Sequence record: NC_111505.1
DNA from: a phage
DNA length: 64,000 nt
Strand: one strand, 5' to 3'
Shown piece after piece: positions 26,606 through 34,635 of the stretch. The notes below the pieces were generated by a model, which saw only the letters and a list, made by a program, of their open reading frames with translations, did not search any database and was not told where the DNA came from. The position numbers and the translations under genes were made by a program. Position 1 is the stretch's first letter. Each line of letters begins with the position of its first letter.

Positions 26606-27004
26606 TTATTCGTGGGCACATGTCACAATGTGCTTTTTATAGCCCAGGCGGTCAGCAAGTGCCGCCAAAAACTCTTCTTCGTAGATCCAGCCGTCGGCAG
26701 TGATCCCCATAGTATTTAATGCGCTCTCAAGTGCTGCGTTGGCTTTATCATAACCGTGACCGCTCGCCTTGCCGCCAGTATAGCCGTACTTATTGTTCTT
26801 GTTGTCGTGTATCCAAAAAACGCAGTAGTAAGTGTTCCCGCTGGCGGCGGCATAATACCGGATCTCAGCTACTTCGTGCAAATTATTGTCATCGTCCAGG
26901 CCCACCAGATTATAAGCCTTGTAAAATCCACGATCACGGCGGCAGTTCTTGACATCAGAAAAAGAAAAGTCCGCATTATCAAAATTAAAGGTAGTGGTTT
27001 TCAT
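26606..27004 (-). CDS. hypothetical protein (132 aa)
   Basis: ATG with AAGAGGA SD. Confidence 0.6.
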   Translation of the reverse strand: MKTTTFNFDNADFSFSDVKNCRRDRGFYKAYNLVGLDDDNNLHEVAEIRYYAAASGNTYYCVFWIHDNKNNKYGYTGGKASGHGYDKANAALESALNTMGITADGWIYEEEFLAALADRLGYKKHIVTCAHE

Positions 27005-27016
27005 GATTTTATCCTC

Positions 27017-27265
27017 TTAGTGTCTTTTGTGGTTTTTAGTGTAGTTGGTGTCAGGCCGTATGTCAATATTATTTTTATTAAACCAGTGGTTGATCTGGCC
27101 TTTTGTCAGGGCGCAACGATTAAGCTGTTGCCGGGTATAGCTCTGACCACGACGGAATTTATAAAGGCCTTGCCCGTTGTTGATGGTTACATCCACCCGG
27201 CAAACCATTTGATCGGTGACCGCCCGGTGAGTGTTGCGACGTACTTTAATTCCGTAGGCGTTCAT
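27017..27265 (-). CDS. hypothetical basic protein (82 aa)
   Basis: ATG with GAGAGAGGA SD. Confidence 0.6.
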   Translation of the reverse strand: MNAYGIKVRRNTHRAVTDQMVCRVDVTINNGQGLYKFRRGQSYTRQQLNRCALTKGQINHWFNKNNIDIRPDTNYTKNHKRH

Positions 27266-27352
27266 GATTTTTTATCCTCTCTCTGTTAATTGGTGTGGTG
27301 TTGTTCACCTTGCGAGGATAAGAATAACAAGAACTGTCCGAGCTGTCAACCA

Positions 27353-27529
27353 TTAGTTAAAATTATTTTTTGGGCAGAACTCTCCAGCCGCCGCCCCTGA
27401 CAGGTTAACCATCATTTTTTCGTACTCTTCTTTATGTTCCAACGCTCCCGCCATAGCCTTTTCAACCAGGGGGATAGCCTCAGCGTCATTAATAGCTACA
27501 TTTTCCAGGGGGATCCTATTACCTTTCAT
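27353..27529 (-). CDS. candidate 58-aa protein
   Basis: ATG with strong SD AAGAGGAGG; MKGNRIPLENVAINDAEAIPLVEKAMAGALEHKEEYEKMM...; below track cutoff. Confidence 0.35.
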   Translation of the reverse strand: MKGNRIPLENVAINDAEAIPLVEKAMAGALEHKEEYEKMMVNLSGAAAGEFCPKNNFN

Positions 27530-27594
27530 TTTTGTACCTCCTCTTCAATTGTTACTATCCTATAGCATAGGCCCACCAGGCTGGCCCCGCCAGG

Positions 27595-27623
27595 TTGCAG
27601 CGGTTAGCGCATCAGGTTAGAAT
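27595..27623 (+). promoter_or_regulatory. Sigma70-like promoter (TTGCAG-N17-TAGAAT), + strand, followed by T10 run
   Basis: First of two tandem rightward promoters facing an ORF-free region. Confidence 0.5.
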
Positions 27624-27642
27624 TTTTTTTTTTTGAAAAGTG

Positions 27643-27671
27643 TTGACAGCGGCCCCGCCAGGTGGCACAAT
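27643..27671 (+). promoter_or_regulatory. Sigma70-like promoter (TTGACA-N17-CACAAT), + strand
   Basis: Consensus -35; weaker -10; directly upstream of structured element copy 1. Confidence 0.4.
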
Positions 27672-27675
27672 ATAC

Positions 27676-27750
27676 ATATCGAAAGGACGGCAGGCACCGG
27701 TGACGGGGGAGACAACCACCGGGGATGGGCGCTGCATGAAATGAGAACGA
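27676..27750 (+). ncRNA. Candidate small structured RNA / repeated element, copy 1
   Basis: No ORF; internal CCGGTG..CACCGG stem; conserved blocks GGGAGACAAYCACCGGGGRTG and GAGAAYGATTATCATT shared with copy 2. Confidence 0.25.
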
Positions 27751-27819
27751 TTATCATTATCGTCTAAAAATTTATGCAAAAACTTCTTGCTTTCTTTGTC
27801 CTGTGTGATACTATAATAA

Positions 27820-27886
27820 CAAGCCGGGGCAGTAGGGGCCGGGAGACAATCACCGGGGGTGCCCGTTATTCTGCAAACGAGAATGA
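27820..27886 (+). ncRNA. Candidate small structured RNA / repeated element, copy 2
   Basis: Preceded by promoter-like TTGCTT..TATAAT (27787-27817); same conserved blocks as copy 1. Confidence 0.25.
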
Positions 27887-28009
27887 TTATCATTCAAAAT
27901 TCTAAATGATAACTTTTCGCATTTCATAAATTTAGTTAGCATGCTAATTACCTACCGTGACAATTCTATATAAAATAATACCTCCTAAAATATTCCCATA
28001 TAGAAATTT

Positions 28010-28185
28010 TAAAAATCCATTTCTGAAAACGAAAAATCGATTTCGTCCCCAAAAATTTCAGGTCGAGCGCCGGAACGATTCCCAGAAAATCTGATTCAGA
28101 AAACGAAAAACAGATCGAGTACCGAAAAATTTATCGAGAAAAATTTTCAGAAAATTCAATCTTTGAAACGAAAAACAGATCGAGT
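28010..28185. repeat. AT-rich iteron array (3 copies of GAAAACGAAAAACAGATCGAGTAC-like 23-mer with GATC cores)
   Basis: Copies at about 28019, 28094, 28160 (66-75 bp spacing); flanking ATCCATTT repeats at 28011, 28371, 28391, 28453. Confidence 0.45.
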
Positions 28186-28518
28186 ACTGAGAGAGAGATG
28201 TATCAAAACTTACTGATAATAATTAACTTATTGTCATAAAAGGCCGAAGGTAAGTTGGGAAAGTTCTGGTAGAAGGGTGAGAGTGTGTGCGGAAAATCTG
28301 GAACGGTGATTTGAAGTACGGTGCGAATGATAGAATGAGCAGCGCAGCTTATCGCGCCTGTATTGAAAAAATCCATTTTAGTTTTCGATCCATTTTCTGA
28401 TTTTCTAAGGATTTCCAAATATCTGCAAATATCTGATAAATAAGGGAAAATCCATTACATATTTTCCCTCATCGCCTAAAATTTTTATAATTTTAAAATA
28501 AATACTACCATAAATATC

Positions 28519-29163
28519 TTAAATAAATTTCACCAATGTTATAGTCTCCTTATTATTTTTCAAATCATTCTCAAGGATAGTTATTGCACGTTTAATGGCG
28601 AACAGCCAAATCTCATCTTTGTTTTTAATAGCCTGAAGTTTCATCTCCTCAAGTTTCATTTCTTGCCACACCTTGTGTGCTGTCTGTGGATCATCGAAAT
28701 GACCGCCATGAACAATTTTTCCATCTCGATGACAATGCACGAGATACTTGTTTACATCTTTTCTAAGTGTCACACCCAAAGGTAAATCCCCTCGTGCTGC
28801 CTGTCTTATGCCAAATAAGGTGTTTATTTGTGGTGGGACAAACATACATGTTTCTGGGGAGTATATTCTGTTTCCAGGGATTTTCAGATCTTTGTCAAGA
28901 GTGAACTTCTTAGAGTCTCTTTTCCACTCTTGTGTATCCATCCATTTCCAGAATTCTGAGAACAACCACCAATCTTCTACAACTTCACAACCTGTATGGT
29001 ACTTTGAGTTATCGCCGTAGCACCTCTGGAATAATGCTTTCCATGTAGCGTAGTGGGGTTCTGGTACTCTCTTACCATTAATAGATTGGTACATTGGGAC
29101 TTTGTCTTTTAAATCGTTTACTCCACGACCACATACTTTTCTGTCTTTAACAGGTATTCCCAT
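28519..29163 (-). CDS. AP2-type DNA-binding domain protein, putative free-standing (HNH-like) homing endonuclease
   Basis: ...GVTLRKDVNKYLVHCHRDGKIVHGGHFDDPQTAHKVWQE... resembles AP2 domains of phage HNH homing endonucleases; track start is TTG 29166, ATG 29163 with AAAGGAGGG SD. Confidence 0.45.
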   Translation of the reverse strand: MGIPVKDRKVCGRGVNDLKDKVPMYQSINGKRVPEPHYATWKALFQRCYGDNSKYHTGCEVVEDWWLFSEFWKWMDTQEWKRDSKKFTLDKDLKIPGNRIYSPETCMFVPPQINTLFGIRQAARGDLPLGVTLRKDVNKYLVHCHRDGKIVHGGHFDDPQTAHKVWQEMKLEEMKLQAIKNKDEIWLFAIKRAITILENDLKNNKETITLVKFI

Positions 29164-29488
29164 CAATCCCTCCTTTTCCTTTGTACATGCGTAGAGGTAT
29201 AGTTTTTATAACATTCCATCTCCCCAACCCTTCCCAGTTCCAGTTGTGGGCGTGATACCCAGTTATGCATGCACTGCTGGAGTGATCATAGGCATAGGAG
29301 AACGCTATGCGTAACAGATGAGGCCAGTCTTTCCACGGCTGTGGTCCGTAAGCCTTTCTCCAACACCGACACAAACTAAATGTCTCAAGAATAGGCAGGA
29401 TAACAAATCCATACACCACCACCAAGATGATCAGCGCAATGATTGTCAGGAATACATACCCTGCAGTTGAAATGATGATCTCTGTCAT
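29147..29488 (-). CDS. membrane protein (N-terminal TM helix)
   Basis: ATG with GGGGAGG SD. Confidence 0.55.
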   Translation of the reverse strand: MTEIIISTAGYVFLTIIALIILVVVYGFVILPILETFSLCRCWRKAYGPQPWKDWPHLLRIAFSYAYDHSSSACITGYHAHNWNWEGLGRWNVIKTIPLRMYKGKGGIDGNTC

Positions 29489-29679
29489 TTGTCCTCCCCT
29501 TTACGAATATAGATGTGTGAGCCTGCCTGTATATAAATTTCTCGACCATCTTCTGCAAAAATATGGAATACACGGTCACCTTCGTATTCAATACGGGATA
29601 TCTTCATAACGGTCTTCCCACCCGGAATGCGGATCTCATCGCCTACAGCAATGTTCCATGCAGATTTAAGCTTAAACAT
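29485..29679 (-). CDS. hypothetical protein (64 aa)
   Basis: Track start is GTG 29685; ATG 29679 with AAAGGAGGG SD. Confidence 0.55.
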   Translation of the reverse strand: MFKLKSAWNIAVGDEIRIPGGKTVMKISRIEYEGDRVFHIFAEDGREIYIQAGSHIYIRKGEDK

Positions 29680-29917
29680 CAGCACCCTCCTTTGGTAGCT
29701 TGAACTCTGGCATAGCCATATACGCTACAACAGGGTTGTGATCAAAGTAGAACTGACCATTAATTACCCCAGTTTTGTGCACATAGCCACCAGATCCTGC
29801 AAGAACAACCTCGCAAGCTCCGAAATCTACATTGCCATTCTTGTCAGCCATGGCTACGATATACTTTCCGAGAGGCATGTTTTCAACGCCGTCTACGAAT
29901 GTCCACCCTTTGTTCAT
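29672..29917 (-). CDS. hypothetical protein (81 aa)
   Basis: ATG with CAGGAGA SD. Confidence 0.55.
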   Translation of the reverse strand: MNKGWTFVDGVENMPLGKYIVAMADKNGNVDFGACEVVLAGSGGYVHKTGVINGQFYFDHNPVVAYMAMPEFKLPKEGADV

Positions 29918-29937
29918 ACTTTATCTCCTGCACTTTC

Positions 29938-30270
29938 TTAAGGTAACCAGTAAACAATCTCGCCTTTCAGCTTCATGTCGTTTCCAACATAAATTTCCCA
30001 GCCATCCATCTTAGCAACTGTAGGCCCAAAGTCATCCGCACCCCTTACCTCTTTCCAGGCTCCGTAGTCAGGTTGCCAGATATAGAATCCACCTTCTTTG
30101 TCCCATGCTCCGTACACTACGTTTAACAGGTTTCCCATTGCAACAATGGTGGGCCGTGGGAATAATACATCTACAGATGCGCCACAATTTCGGGTATCTT
30201 TTAAGTTGCAATCCCAAAAGATGTCTGCCAGTGTGGCGGCGATAGCTTTACGTCTTTCCAATGTTACCAT
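29938..30270 (-). CDS. hypothetical protein (110 aa)
   Basis: ATG start; weak SD. Confidence 0.5.
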   Translation of the reverse strand: MVTLERRKAIAATLADIFWDCNLKDTRNCGASVDVLFPRPTIVAMGNLLNVVYGAWDKEGGFYIWQPDYGAWKEVRGADDFGPTVAKMDGWEIYVGNDMKLKGEIVYWLP

Positions 30271-30280
30271 GGCACGATAC

Positions 30281-30472
30281 TCACTTGTTGTTAATAAGTT
30301 CTAAAACTTTCTGTCTTACTTTGTCAAGGTCTGTTGATTCAAAAACTGTGCGATATCCCCAACTTTGCCCATAGGAGTGACTGCAATCTCCGTAGCACCA
30401 TTGCTCAATTTGATAGTATTCAAGGAAGGGGTGCTGTCTAACTATGATGCCATCCCGGTTAAAAATTACCAT
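30281..30472 (-). CDS. hypothetical protein (63 aa)
   Basis: ATG start; weak SD. Confidence 0.45.
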   Translation of the reverse strand: MVIFNRDGIIVRQHPFLEYYQIEQWCYGDCSHSYGQSWGYRTVFESTDLDKVRQKVLELINNK

Positions 30473-30535
30473 AATACGTCGCTCTCTGTTAGTCTGTGCG
30501 TATATTATACACTGTAGTTTTCAGATGTCAATCTT

Positions 30536-30787
30536 TTACAGGTTACTCCAGTATACTCGGCATTTACATTTCGGGCAATGAGGCTCTTTTATGTAATAAC
30601 CATCAGTCTTTGGAACACTTTTTGGTGCAGTTTTAAGATTGTACCGAGTAAAACACCGGAAGCAGGTTACCTCTCCAACCTGTTGATCGTTTATCCACGC
30701 GCCAGAGTAAAGCTCTCTCTCTTGTTTCTCATAATTCTCTCCCAAATCCTCTGCAATCTTATACCAAAATCTCCAGCCAGAAAGCAC
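30536..30787 (-). CDS. zinc-ribbon protein (CxxC...CPKC)
   Basis: Track ORF starts at GTG with no SD; may be the frameshifted continuation of the 30756-30929 ORF. Confidence 0.35.
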   Translation of the reverse strand: MLSGWRFWYKIAEDLGENYEKQERELYSGAWINDQQVGEVTCFRCFTRYNLKTAPKSVPKTDGYYIKEPHCPKCKCRVYWSNL

Positions 30788-30929
30788 ACGGGAACACTTT
30801 GATGATTGAATCTTTACCTGGTTCAGCAGTTCTTTTTCCGTAGGGTAGGTAGAAATACCCTCCTGCAGATTCGAACACAGCCCCTTCGGTTGTATCTATC
30901 ACAGCCAGAATTAAGATTTTAGTCTCCAT
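30756..30929 (-). CDS. candidate 57-aa protein
   Basis: ATG with GAGAGAGGGAG SD; ends in a different frame inside the start of 30536-30787. Confidence 0.3.
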
Positions 30930-30982
30930 AGTGCTCCCTCTCTCAATCGTTGTGGTGACTATACCATCTCAAAAACCCGCTG

Positions 30983-31480
30983 TCAACACTTTTTGTACTC
31001 CACCACGATAATATTCATATCAAAAGTGGCAAGGTTAATAACGTCCTCTACGTGCTCCCACTTCAAACCGCCTATGCCGCACCCGATCTTAGGGATGTAG
31101 AATGGTAAAGTCGATCCACTGAATACCTCATTGACTAGCTCAAAGCCTTTCAGGATTGAGAAATATTCAGCATTAGGTCCTGGGTAGAACTGAGTATACA
31201 GATTGATTCCGTAGACAATACCTCTCGGAGATAAGTGCTCCCATCGGGAGAACGCACCCAGTTTACTTAGGCAACCGTGTCTGGTCTCTTTGTCAGCTGC
31301 CAATGCTTGAGGGAACTCACGGGCAATCTGTTTTGCTATCCCCTTACCCATTGTGTGGAAGCAGTTACAACCGTGGATCAGGTGACCAGCACCGCTCTTA
31401 AAAAGGGAGATTAAATCTCCCTCTACAGTATCAATAATCACGGTATGCCAGCTCCTCTTCCGCAATTTCAAAAAACTCAT
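30983..31480 (-). CDS. Macrodomain protein (TARG1/OARD1/DarG-like ADP-ribosyl hydrolase fold)
   Basis: ...VEGDLISLFKSGAGHLIHGCNCFHTMGKGIAKQIAREFP... matches the TARG1-type motif; start uncertain (track GTG 31540; ATG at 31522 or 31480). Confidence 0.5.
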   Translation of the reverse strand: MSFLKLRKRSWHTVIIDTVEGDLISLFKSGAGHLIHGCNCFHTMGKGIAKQIAREFPQALAADKETRHGCLSKLGAFSRWEHLSPRGIVYGINLYTQFYPGPNAEYFSILKGFELVNEVFSGSTLPFYIPKIGCGIGGLKWEHVEDVINLATFDMNIIVVEYKKC

Positions 31481-31856
31481 CCCAACCTTGTGGCATATTT
31501 GAGTTGCCGAAGTGGCTTTCATAGTAAAGGTTCTCACCACTCGGAAGATAGAAATCTGTTACCTCGTAGAATCCACAATCGTCGCACTCACCTTCTTCAA
31601 ACTTGGCCTCAACCTTGATACCGAGGAAGGTGAAAAGTTTATGGATATCTTCAGTTTCGAACTCCCAGTGAATGTTGTTTTCCGCATCGGTGTAGAACTG
31701 GATCAGCAGACCATTGTCCAGTTTACCAAAATACTCTGTGAAGTAACTTCCTTCCCAGAAATCTTTATGACAAATAATATCCATGCGTTTGCCCATAATA
31801 ATGGTGTGAGCGTTTTGGGCATCGTCACGAATCAGTTTTGGCATTTCATAGGTCAT
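31431..31856 (-). CDS. hypothetical acidic protein (141 aa)
   Basis: ATG with CCGGAGAA SD. Confidence 0.5.
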   Translation of the reverse strand: MTYEMPKLIRDDAQNAHTIIMGKRMDIICHKDFWEGSYFTEYFGKLDNGLLIQFYTDAENNIHWEFETEDIHKLFTFLGIKVEAKFEEGECDDCGFYEVTDFYLPSGENLYYESHFGNSNMPQGWDEFFEIAEEELAYRDY

Positions 31857-31924
31857 CTTAGTTCTCCGGGTTCAACAGGTGGTGGCGCTACAGGAAGATC
31901 ATAAAACATGGCTATCACATCCTC

Positions 31925-32122
31925 TTACACAGGAATTGCTTCAAATAGACCGTTATCTATACCGTCCTTCAGATAGAGATTATATTCTATGTCGGTATCT
32001 GTATAAAGGGCAGCATCCAGCATTCTATCTGTGAGTCCATCCATCGGGTGGAGAAACCACCACCCACGCCGGTCAAAGTAACAGCCTGGTGCATCTTCTC
32101 TTACACGGATTCGATAAATCAT
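31925..32122 (-). CDS. hypothetical protein (65 aa)
   Basis: ATG with CAGGAGG SD. Confidence 0.5.
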   Translation of the reverse strand: MIYRIRVREDAPGCYFDRRGWWFLHPMDGLTDRMLDAALYTDTDIEYNLYLKDGIDNGLFEAIPV

Positions 32123-32218
32123 GGGCAGTGGCCTCCTGTTAGTTATACATCCCAGTTTTCTTCGTTCATCACGTCCTCCCGTTCTATGAAGTTATAATTG
32201 CACACCTTTCAACCTGTG

Positions 32219-32635
32219 TCAACAGAAAACTTCAACAAATTCTTCCACAGTTTTAATGTCGTGGGAAAAAGGTTTACGGCTATAACGGGCAATAGCACTA
32301 TCAATCATCGCCCGGTACTCCAAATCTTCAGAATATTTCATGAAGCATTGTAGCGTCTCTGGACAGATAGCTAAATAGCTCCACCACCCCTCTTCAGATT
32401 GGTAGTCGAATCCCATACTCTCCAACCATGAAGCATATACACCTGCACCTTCCAGCCAGTGAGTATTTTCATCAAGAAACTTGTTAACAGTCATGTGAGC
32501 TTCTAAGCATTTATCCAGCTCTTTTCCGTTAACCAGCCACGCACTGACAGTGGCGCATCCAAAGTCCACAGATTGAGTTGATAGATTGTATTGGTCATAG
32601 TTCTCAGGTTTAACAATGATATCTTCTAATGTCAT
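32219..32635 (-). CDS. hypothetical protein (138 aa)
   Basis: ATG with AAAGAGG SD; first gene after the SSB terminator. Confidence 0.6.
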   Translation of the reverse strand: MTLEDIIVKPENYDQYNLSTQSVDFGCATVSAWLVNGKELDKCLEAHMTVNKFLDENTHWLEGAGVYASWLESMGFDYQSEEGWWSYLAICPETLQCFMKYSEDLEYRAMIDSAIARYSRKPFSHDIKTVEEFVEVFC

Positions 32636-32649
32636 TTTTCAGGCCTCTT

Positions 32650-32682
32650 TATACAAAAATGCCCCACCCTTTCGGGTAGGGC
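32650..32682 (-). terminator. Rho-independent terminator (- strand)
   Basis: GCCCTACCC-GAAA-GGGTGGGGC followed by ATTTTTGT; near-identical copy at 44054-44086. Confidence 0.65.
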
Positions 32683-32697
32683 TATGTTAACTAGATG

Positions 32698-33924
32698 TTA
32701 AAAAGGTATGTCATCACAGAACTCGTACTGTGCCGGATTCTGATCCATCGGGTCATCTCCGTCATCATCTACAGGAGGGGCGTCTACAGTGTTTTGCTGT
32801 GGAGTGACTTCCTGTTTGGCAGCTTGAGGTTCTTGATGCTCAGTAGTCCCAGCACCATTCTTGATCCAATCATACAACGGTTCAGCAAGATTAGTCAAGA
32901 CATCTTTTGCCTCTGCAGTAATTGCTGCTGCAAAATCATCAACTTTCGTTTTCTTGTCAATACGGCGACAAGCGTTCAATACCGCATTACCAACACTGGC
33001 ACCTACTTCATCTTCAGTTCGATTGGTGGCTTGAGCGTACTCTTTCTTAAGCTCGATGGTGACCACGTGCAATGTTTTAGCCACATCTAAAGGGCTGTCA
33101 ACCTTGAATCCGCGATCTAGGATGATCTGCAACGCATTAATGCTGTGCCCCGTCTCTACACCAATAGGGTCGTAAGAGGATTTACGCTTTCCACCAGAAC
33201 CTTGAGTACCGTTCTCTGCTTTAGGCGGGTAGGCCTTGAAGCCGCTGATAATATTCCCGGTGTCTTTGTCAACAATAGCTGCAACACGACCGCCAACCAC
33301 CAGGTCTTTAAGCTGCTCATCAGAGACAACCATAGCACCTTCGCCAATCTTGTGGTCATTGACAGTAACCACGTTACCAACAATCTGAGTCACATCCCCA
33401 TAGATGCGTAAAACGTCCTGATTGGCATTCTGCTGGGGTTTCTGCTTCTGGCCTTGTGATTGTGTGCCTTGTTGCTGTTTTTGTTGCTGTGGAGCTGCTG
33501 GAGCCTCTCCTGCCCCCAGCTTAACCATTTTAGCCAATGAGCCTTTGTAGTAGGTCTTACCGTTATGCTCATTTGCCTTTAAAGGAATATTTACGATCCA
33601 TCCTGGCGTTACTGTTTCCCACTTGTCATCAATTTTAACAGAGACGGAATCTTGATGACCAGGTTTGAGCAATTTATCACCCATGCTGATCCAAACTTCT
33701 TCACCACCTTGAAGTAGGTTATCAGAAGAATCCAGTTCAGAAATCAGTAAGGAGATGGTGTGACTGGACTCGATTTTCTTACCTTGCCACACAGTGGTTT
33801 TAATACCTGTTGTAGGATCAGCACCTTTGATAGGTTTGATGCTGACACGTTTAATCATACCGTGAGCCAGTAAAACAGTTTCACGCGGATTCATCGGGTT
33901 GGCAAATTGTTGAATAACGCTCAT
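32698..33924 (-). CDS. ssb: Single-stranded DNA-binding protein (SSB-like, acidic C-terminal tail ...DDIPF)
   Basis: C-terminus DQNPAQYEFCDDIPF resembles the bacterial SSB tail; Gln/Gly-rich linker; ATG 33924 with AAGGAG SD chosen over the upstream extension to 34071. Confidence 0.55.
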   Translation of the reverse strand: MSVIQQFANPMNPRETVLLAHGMIKRVSIKPIKGADPTTGIKTTVWQGKKIESSHTISLLISELDSSDNLLQGGEEVWISMGDKLLKPGHQDSVSVKIDDKWETVTPGWIVNIPLKANEHNGKTYYKGSLAKMVKLGAGEAPAAPQQQKQQQGTQSQGQKQKPQQNANQDVLRIYGDVTQIVGNVVTVNDHKIGEGAMVVSDEQLKDLVVGGRVAAIVDKDTGNIISGFKAYPPKAENGTQGSGGKRKSSYDPIGVETGHSINALQIILDRGFKVDSPLDVAKTLHVVTIELKKEYAQATNRTEDEVGASVGNAVLNACRRIDKKTKVDDFAAAITAEAKDVLTNLAEPLYDWIKNGAGTTEHQEPQAAKQEVTPQQNTVDAPPVDDDGDDPMDQNPAQYEFCDDIPF

Positions 33925-34289
33925 TATTTGTCTCCTTGTTCTTCGTTGGTGTTTGCTGTGTGTGCAAACCCTGCTTGAATTAATTTGTCTTGCACTTGAG
34001 CCAACAGGCCCATTGCAAAACTTGTCGTCCCAGAAAGGGCCATTAGCATATCTCGTTGCTGAGCTACCCAACCTAAGGCATAATCCAAACGACGATATTT
34101 TTCTTCTTCGCGCAGAGCCTGAAATAATTGTTCAGCCTCTGGTTGTTGTGTGAGCTCCTGAAGTCTCCCCATGAAAGAAGAAAGCACTAGCAGAAGAGAC
34201 ACTTGATCTTTACTTAACCCTAAGAAAAATTCTTGAGGTTGTTCTTGCTCGTTCATCGCAACCGACGTTTGATCGTTCATTTGTTCCAT
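33924..34289 (-). CDS. hypothetical Gln-rich helical protein (121 aa)
   Basis: ATG with CGGAGA SD; stop overlaps the ssb start (TAATG). Confidence 0.55.
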   Translation of the reverse strand: MEQMNDQTSVAMNEQEQPQEFFLGLSKDQVSLLLVLSSFMGRLQELTQQPEAEQLFQALREEEKYRRLDYALGWVAQQRDMLMALSGTTSFAMGLLAQVQDKLIQAGFAHTANTNEEQGDK

Positions 34290-34372
34290 TATGGAATCTC
34301 CGATTTTATTTGAACAACATAGAAGGAGACACTATTTTAGCATCTCCTTCTGCAAATTACAATAGGTATTTG

Positions 34373-34618
34373 TTAGCCAATCACTTCAAAAGTTCCCCAA
34401 TTCCCGTCCAGCAGGCAGGTGATCGGATCACCATCATCGTCAATTATTTCAAAGTTTTCAACATCCAGAGTATGGTCATCGAACACAATACTTTTGTCAC
34501 CACCGCCAGAAACAACAGTGTATTCCTTACCTTGAGTCAAGTTTTGACACCCTTTGCCACCAAAACCCACTTCAACACAACGTACTTTCTGTCCTGCGCG
34601 AGCAACTACTTCAGTCAT
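34373..34618 (-). CDS. hypothetical protein (81 aa)
   Basis: ATG with CAGGAGA SD. Confidence 0.6.
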   Translation of the reverse strand: MTEVVARAGQKVRCVEVGFGGKGCQNLTQGKEYTVVSGGGDKSIVFDDHTLDVENFEIIDDDGDPITCLLDGNWGTFEVIG

Positions 34619-34635
34619 CTTAAGGTCTCCTGATA

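Noticed and set aside
17550-27265. Compositional (GC) island indicating horizontally acquired block
   Set aside because: Some stretches look GC-richer by eye, but hand counts of sample windows varied from about 30% to about 53% with no consistent shift; needs a sliding-window GC computation
27676-27886. The duplicated structured elements as tRNAs or known self-cleaving ribozymes
   Set aside because: No cloverleaf or T-loop; no hammerhead CUGANGA...GAAA core recognised; kept only as unclassified candidate ncRNAs
33925-34071. N-terminal 49-aa extension of the SSB ORF (track start 34071)
   Set aside because: An in-frame ATG at 33924 has a strong AAGGAG SD and is TAATG-coupled to the upstream gene; the extension would overlap that gene
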